A DNA stretch of 63,340 nucleotides, filler included, from Asterionella formosa (Eukaryota), in assembly GCA_002256025.1 (NCBI GenBank). It is 2 parts of 2 records of this genome, joined end to end, with 100 filler letters (N's around TTAATTAATTAA, not from the genome) between each part and the next. Parts side by side here need not be neighbours in the genome. Positions count along the whole stretch, not along the records: positions 31,746 to 63,340 come from NKIB01000623.1; 1 more part is not named here. The stretch is one strand, 5' to 3'. The notes beneath the pieces are model-generated. The model did not search any database, was not told the DNA's origin, and worked only from the letters and a program-made list of their open reading frames with translations. Below, piece after piece: positions 57,400-63,340 of the stretch. Both the position numbers and the translations under genes were made by a program. Positions within the stretch are counted from its first letter, which is position 1, and each line of letters starts with the position of its first letter.

Positions 57400-58830
57400 T
57401 CTGGCCGTGCTGCTTTGGGTTGTTTCATTACTATTATTGTCACATACTTGGGACTTTCCGTATTTCAAATGCGGTCAAAGAGGGGGAATTCTGTCCTATG
57501 AAAAATGGCCTTAAATTTTCAGATGATCGAACTTTACTTATAGATTTAAGTGAAACAGAATTGTTCAACAGCTCAGGAGGACAGGATCCTACCGCAGTAA
57601 AAAGTAGAGGACTCTGTTCAAGAAACAAATTGCATCATGGGAAGAAGTATATAACACTGGTCCATCAAAAGTTTGCGGAACATGACATCATCGAACAATG
57701 TAATCGCTTTCGAGATATTGCTGCTCAAGACCAAGTAAATTAACTTGCAAAATGGTAGGCAGATAAAATTGACTTCGAGAGGACCAAAGCTGTCTTATAT
57801 GCAGAAAAGAATGTATCAAATCAAATCGAATTATAATTTTGGAAGGTCTCCAACTTTGGTCACACCAGGCAGAACTGTTACCTTGCTTCTTCTGGAGAAG
57901 TTGCCTATGAATCTTCAAATCAGGACGAGATTCATTAAGTGAGATCCCCGAAAAAATCGGAATGAGTTCGGTTTGTCAACAAAGGGACTGGGATACAAGT
58001 TTCTCTATTCCTCAAGACTAGAGGATGCGTAGTTGACACTCCACATTAACCAGGATAAGCCTTATGACTGAAGACAGGGCTAACTCGATCAAAAAACAGG
58101 GAGGCAGCACGGAGAAACGAGATAAACTACATGCGGAATTCTTGAAATCTAGAAGAGAGTCAGAGTATATGGCTAGGCTATGATGGCCCCGGCTACAGAA
58201 AGATGCGAAGAAGGAAATTTGGTCAGGCCACCTTAATAAAATAGGGATCCCAGTAAATGACGATGAAAGTAAAATAGCTGATCTCAGGACAGTCACAGAC
58301 GCCTCTGAAATGTTCTCTCCCTTACTACTAGTAAAGAGAAACAGCGAAAACCTCTCTCTCAAGTAGCAGATACACCTTTGTCAACGGGGTGTTTGGCCAT
58401 AACCTGTGACCGTTTCAATGAAACAATTTCTCGGAGTCGATTTTAGAGGATGGAACTATTGACTTCTCATCTTCTGAGGTTAATACAGCTATCAAATCTT
58501 GCATCCAAGAAATTAAATACCCTGACGGTGAGGATGGCTGGGACCAATCCAATTTCATCTAACAATCTCCATTCTCGAATTTCAACAAGCTTCAATCAGA
58601 AAAAACTTCGTCCTTTCCCTATAGCCGTCAGTTAGGACACCATTGTAAGTCAATTCTGAAGGACGACATCATTTGCCAGGTATACAATAGCTACTCTTAT
58701 GTCTGTGCCTTTCGAATTCGGTTTCACACTGAATAGGTGGTAGTTGAATGCTCTGCAAGTTATTTTGGAAAAAGTCAAAGGTCACCCAAGGATTGACAAA
58801 CAAGGGTTAATATATATAGAAAGATAAGAA
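57400..58830 (+). mobile_element. Decayed non-LTR retrotransposon (LINE): endonuclease end through RT N-terminus
   Basis: Fragments FSDDRTLLIDL (SDH motif of the APE endonuclease), SRQLGHH and PFEFGFTLNRW*..QVILEKVKGHPRIDK. Many frameshifts. Confidence 0.62.
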
Positions 58831-58847
58831 ATGCTTGCCAACTACCT

Positions 58848-60815
58848 TTCAAAAAAACGTTTTTGGGCTTTTTCGATTCTCAATTTTGCAGATGCACGAC
58901 GACCCATTTTTCTTCGAACCAACTATTCTCAAAATGCACACACAAAATAGGATATAACAGTAGAACAACGGCAACTTGACTTTGATTGTGAATTGCGCAA
59001 CCACGAAAGTGGCGATGATGCAAAGGAAGAAAACGATGATATGCTTGTTTTGATCATCAGAACCGCCCGTTAAATATCCGGCAGTATGGTCAAATGTAAC
59101 TGAAACAGCCGTAGAAAGTTTATGAAACAACTGTTATTCTGCCTCTTCATAATATGATTATGATAGTGAGTTGTGTTATTCTGTTTCCCACAAATATTTG
59201 AGTGGTCGGCCGATCTAAATCAGCATTTGGCAATATGTAGATGTACTCATCAAATATATGTATTTTAATTTGGTTTTGATTAATTTATTTAGATGCTAAT
59301 AATTTAATTAGTGATTGCAAGTTTATACTCACATCTAAATAACTAATAAAAATGCACATTTTCGAGTAGGCCGACCCTCACCTAGAAAACTGGCATATTG
59401 TCCACGTAATCTGTCCTAAAATAAGCTGCTCGGCACTGAGTGTTCCAATAATCGTTGCAACTAATATTGCACAGAGGGAGTATTGCCTTTTATGGTTACT
59501 TTGCTTACTTTTGCTTCAGGCCGCCCCTCTATTGTCCCAGTTATTGTTGTGTTTTGAAGAATAAAATTAGCATAAAACCTTCATCACTAGCTAACTGGTG
59601 ATAATACAGACGATTTTAAAGAGTGAATTGATGACATTTTCTAAGTATTTAAACGCCAGTCCGTAACGTTTTCAATTTAGCAACAAGACTGCAAGCAACT
59701 CGCTGGTACATGGTAACTGGTACCTGGTACGCCAGCAGCTAGTGGTCCTCGCTTGTCGGAATATATAATACATACATACCGGGTATGTACGGTAACGGGG
59801 TACAGCAAGAATTCTACTTGGTACTTCCTCTGGTTGAAAATAGTTGCATCGATTGGCCCCGACTCAAGTGCCAAGCAGCTTATTTTTAGGAGGGACTACA
59901 TAGAAAACATACCTGTCAGCTTACTCGAAAAAAATGCGTTTTTTAATTAGATACATGTGAGTTTAAATTTTTTTCCTTACTAAGCAATTAAATAGTATTA
60001 AAAAGTTAGCATCTAAACCTACTATGGATCGCAAACAATTTAACATATATAGCTATATGCATTGCAAAATGTGCACATTGCCAAGTGCTTGTTCACATCG
60101 TCCTGCCACTCAAAAATTTACAGGAGAATGAATAAAGCATTTCACTGTCATAATTGTAACCGAGACAGAATAACAGTTGTTACATGTAAATTCTATGGTA
60201 TTTACATTTGTATCGACTAGCAGAGAAATATAACAACGTGCCCCAGGTAAGTAAAGTCATTCAATAGTGAACAGGCACAGTATGGTGGGAATATGTATGA
60301 CCAATACATATGTATGTTGAACAACCCATGCATGGATTTATACCGGGCAGCCAACATCTACCTGGCTGGTACCTGGTCCAGACAGCAGTAAAACCAACAG
60401 GGTATGAAATTAATAATATAGCACACATTAGTAGAATTAAACATTTGGTGAAAGTTTTTCTCTGTGTCCGGCAACGATTGGGTTTGTCGTGATTTTCAAA
60501 GCAGTTGTTTATATCGTGATCCCCCGTTTATCCTTTACTATCGACCATTCCGCCAAATATTTAACAGATCCGATCACCAAAACCAGCATACCGTTGTTTT
60601 CTTCCTTCCCCTCATCGCCACCACTTTCTTGCTACCGGTATTTGTGCACTCCCTAATTGAAGGCAAGTTGCTGGTGTTCTCCTGACTGTTATATCACTCC
60701 TTGTTTGTATGTTGAGAATAGATGGTTCCAATATAAATGGGGGGAGGGGGTTGATGCATCTACATTTTGCTTGTAAGTAAAAAACGAAAAAAGTTGGAAA
60801 AACCGTATTTTAAAA
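58848..60815. mobile_element. Element or pair of elements with long diverged inverted repeats (foldback/MULE-like)
   Basis: 58848-59340 is the diverged reverse complement of 59950-60215 plus 60540-60815. The track ORFs 58849..59130(-) DDQNKHIIVFFL and 60464..60685(+) DHQNQHTVVFFL mirror each other. Confidence 0.65.
59495..59665 (-). repeat. Dispersed repeat family, copy C (partial, inverted)
   Basis: TTGCTTACTTTTGCTTCAGGCCGCCCCTCTATTG is the reverse complement of the copy B core. Confidence 0.8.
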
Positions 60816-60999
60816 ATGTACTCAAAGTAGTTGCCAATGTAAAATTTACTACGTTTATGATATTAACAAGCATACCAGTAGATCTGTAGCTTTTGTGATT
60901 GAGCACATTAGGGCAATTGAACCGGAGAAAGCCATAGGAGTCAGAGTTCCCACGAAGAAAATTTAAGAATTGCAGCAACTATATTTTCAACCAGAGGAA

Positions 61000-62085
61000 G
61001 GAGTACCGCTACCAGCAATGCACAACCCTAAGGTAATACAGTCTACAAATAATTGTAAAACAGAAATTATGAGAATATAAAACGAGTTTGTAACCCCAGA
61101 GCGAAGTGAACCTCAATTCGAGAAGCCTCAGTTCGAGCAGCCAGAGAAGCTTCAATGAGAAGCCCAGAGCCTCAAGTTCCAAAGAACTCCGCCAAACTAG
61201 GAGTTTAGAACACGCCCAAAGCCTCAAGTTCCAAACTCCTAATCTAATTAGTCAAGTCAGTCGCAATATTCAATAGACTCTTGTAATTCCCTTCCAAGAC
61301 AACTGGAAAGAGAGGCTAGAATCATAATCAATCCTGTGTTGGTTTCCCATGGGTGACCACTTACATCCTCCATGGAGGTTCAGCCACACCTTTTCCTGAT
61401 TCTCTGTGGCTTGTTTGAACAGCCAAACGTTCCAGATATTAATCCAATCCACCACATTAGCATTTCTCTGAATCGTTATTGTCTCATTGCAATGCAATTG
61501 TTCAATCATAAATGATTCATGAGTTATTTGTCCCAACTTGGTTGGATGTGGTGTAAGTTCTTAGATGCCCATTCCTGCTTCATTATCAAATTTTCGTCAT
61601 TTCAAATTCTCTCCACATAAATTATAATCAATCAAAGCTGTCGTTTATTCCGCAATAATAGTAAATCTGCAATAGAAGGTAATTCCATAAGCACATCACG
61701 ATGAAAAACAAATGCTCCTGATGAGACTCATGTTGTTCTCCTCACTGCAGCTAGTCCGTAGTGTACATACTGGCACCTGTAAAGCGTAATCAACCACTTC
61801 GGGGTTAGTGTAAATCAAGTTTCTTAAAATGATGCCTACAGTTTGATGCATCCTCTCAAAAACTGCATTTTCTTGTGGGTTCCTCACACTAATTGGTGTA
61901 TTCCTTATGCCCAATTGACGTAAAAGTACTTGGAAATTTTCTCCCACAAATTCCGTTCCTTGATCATGGATTACTCTCACTGGTTTGGGATACTTGAATA
62001 ACCAATTCATTTCAAATGCTTTAGCTGAATCAATAGTACCATTTAAAAACTGCTGTGACCCATTTTTGGAACCGTTGTGACCCAC
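61000..62085 (-). mobile_element. Gypsy-type LTR retrotransposon remnant (integrase core, C-terminal domain, PPT and probable 3' LTR start at 61365)
   Basis: FEMNWLFKYPKPVRVIHDQGTEF...ISVRNPQENAVFERMHQTV is an integrase DDE core, related to the one at ~25200. GGAGGA-TGTAAG marks a PPT/LTR junction. The LTR end is not determined. Confidence 0.8.
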
Positions 62086-62929
62086 TGGGCAAACAGGAGG
62101 AAAACATGGTTGGCCCCCAGCATCAAATGCCGATATTTAATTTTAAAACTTCGACCCTGAGCATCATGTATGCTTTAAGGCTATACCATTAGATATAAGT
62201 TAATAGCAATTTGTTTGTCCTAAAATATTGGTTGAAAAGTGCAATCGACGAAAATATTGCCAAAACATGGATTACCCCATGTTTTGAGAATTCATTGTTA
62301 TATGATATGCGCAGCTATATACAAAAATATCGCATTCTATTTAGTTTGTGTCAGATTCGTGTCTTATTCCTGTCCCTGTCACCTCTTATTGCCTAATTAA
62401 CTTAAGCATTGATAAACGGGTGCGCCAAGGTAGACCCACATACCATCATCACCCATACACAGCTGCAAAGGAAATGTTTACGGGCGCAGGCATTTAATGT
62501 GGCTGAATGCTTTGCCACATGTACCAGTAGATTTGTGTGTAATTGCAACATATATACTCATGTTAACAATCTGGATACGAAAATTTTTAAAAATAATGTT
62601 GCGAAAACCAAAAAGGGTAATCCGTGATCGTAATGGTATATAAATTATATACAATTATAGATAAAAATTGAAGTACTGCAGTGACCCATTACCGGCAAAT
62701 TAGGTTCAAATTAAAGGGTTCGTATCTCAGCACCTCAACCTTCAATGAGAAACCTGGAAGTTTGATTCTCGCAAAGCATGGATTTGGTTTCGTCGAACTA
62801 ATTAAACTAATTGGAGAACTCAGTGGGTCACTGCATTTTTCACTGATAACAGGAAGGTCCGGTAGCGCACGTTTTATGCGCGCCCTGTCAGTTACAATTC
62901 ACTAACAATGATTTGTCCCATGCCTGCCA

Positions 62930-63100
62930 GGCGCTTTTGCTTACTTTTTCTTACTATTGCTTACTTTTGCTTCGGGCTGCCACTCTATGGCCCCGGTCAT
63001 TGTTGTGTTTTCTTGTTGACATTTCCCTGTTTCGAAGAATGAAATTAGCAGATAACCTACTAGTACATCGCTTAGTGGTGATCACCACCATGCATGTTAA
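62930..63100 (-). repeat. Dispersed repeat family, copy D (partial, inverted)
   Basis: TTGCTTACTTTTGCTTCGGGCTGCCACTCTATGGCCCCGGTCATTGTTG...GTGGTGATCACC matches the reverse complement of 47745-47880. Confidence 0.8.
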
Positions 63101-63340
63101 ATTGTCTAGTTGAAATATCACAGATCTTACTTTTAAGATCTCTAAAGCTGAAAACGTATTTTCACTTTACACTTTGTAATATTGTGAGCTTTCTGTTAAT
63201 AGTCTATCTAGTCTTGTTCTTGCCTGATTACTCATGTAATCCCGAACAAGACTTCTCACACTTTCCTTGATCCCGTCAAAATGATCTTGCTTACTTTGAC
63301 AATAAGTAAGCATATTCATTTGACAATAAGTGAGCAGCAC

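Overview
Eukaryotic nuclear DNA, most likely from a diatom or related ochrophyte. Evidence: short GT-AG introns of 74-128 nt with CTAAC-like branch points, bipartite signal-peptide plus 'AF' plastid presequences, and diatom-type H3. Compact gene islands alternate with AT-rich tracts of decayed transposons. Supported genes: an intron-containing PPK2-domain protein with a C-terminal membrane anchor, an alpha/beta-hydrolase-like protein, AP-1 mu, a plastid-type KEA/Kef K+/H+ antiporter, a chromo-JmjC-(Tudor-like) protein, a plastid-type type II NADH dehydrogenase, a kynurenine-3-monooxygenase-like flavoprotein, a divergent H4/H3 pair, a spliced SUMO gene missed by the ORF track, a TMCO3/KEA4-6-like antiporter, a 960-aa protein with a Cys/His C-terminal domain, a tandem-C2 protein, and a pectinacetylesterase/Notum-rhomboid-like fusion. 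Mobile DNA: a Gypsy-type LTR element with a TAA-TSD TIR element nested in its 3' LTR, plus Copia, LINE, mariner, PIF/Harbinger and Zator-like remnants and a long-inverted-repeat element. A 100-nt artificial scaffold spacer lies at 31646-31745. The most notable observations: (i) both histone genes share an identical non-canonical 6-bp/4-nt 3' stem-loop and an identically spaced downstream 10-mer; (ii) a eukaryotic, apparently tail-anchored PPK2 with a dileucine sorting motif; (iii) the esterase-pseudorhomboid fusion; (iv) a structured, tRNA-fragment-linked segment downstream of H3. All calls come from reading motifs by eye; no database searches were run.
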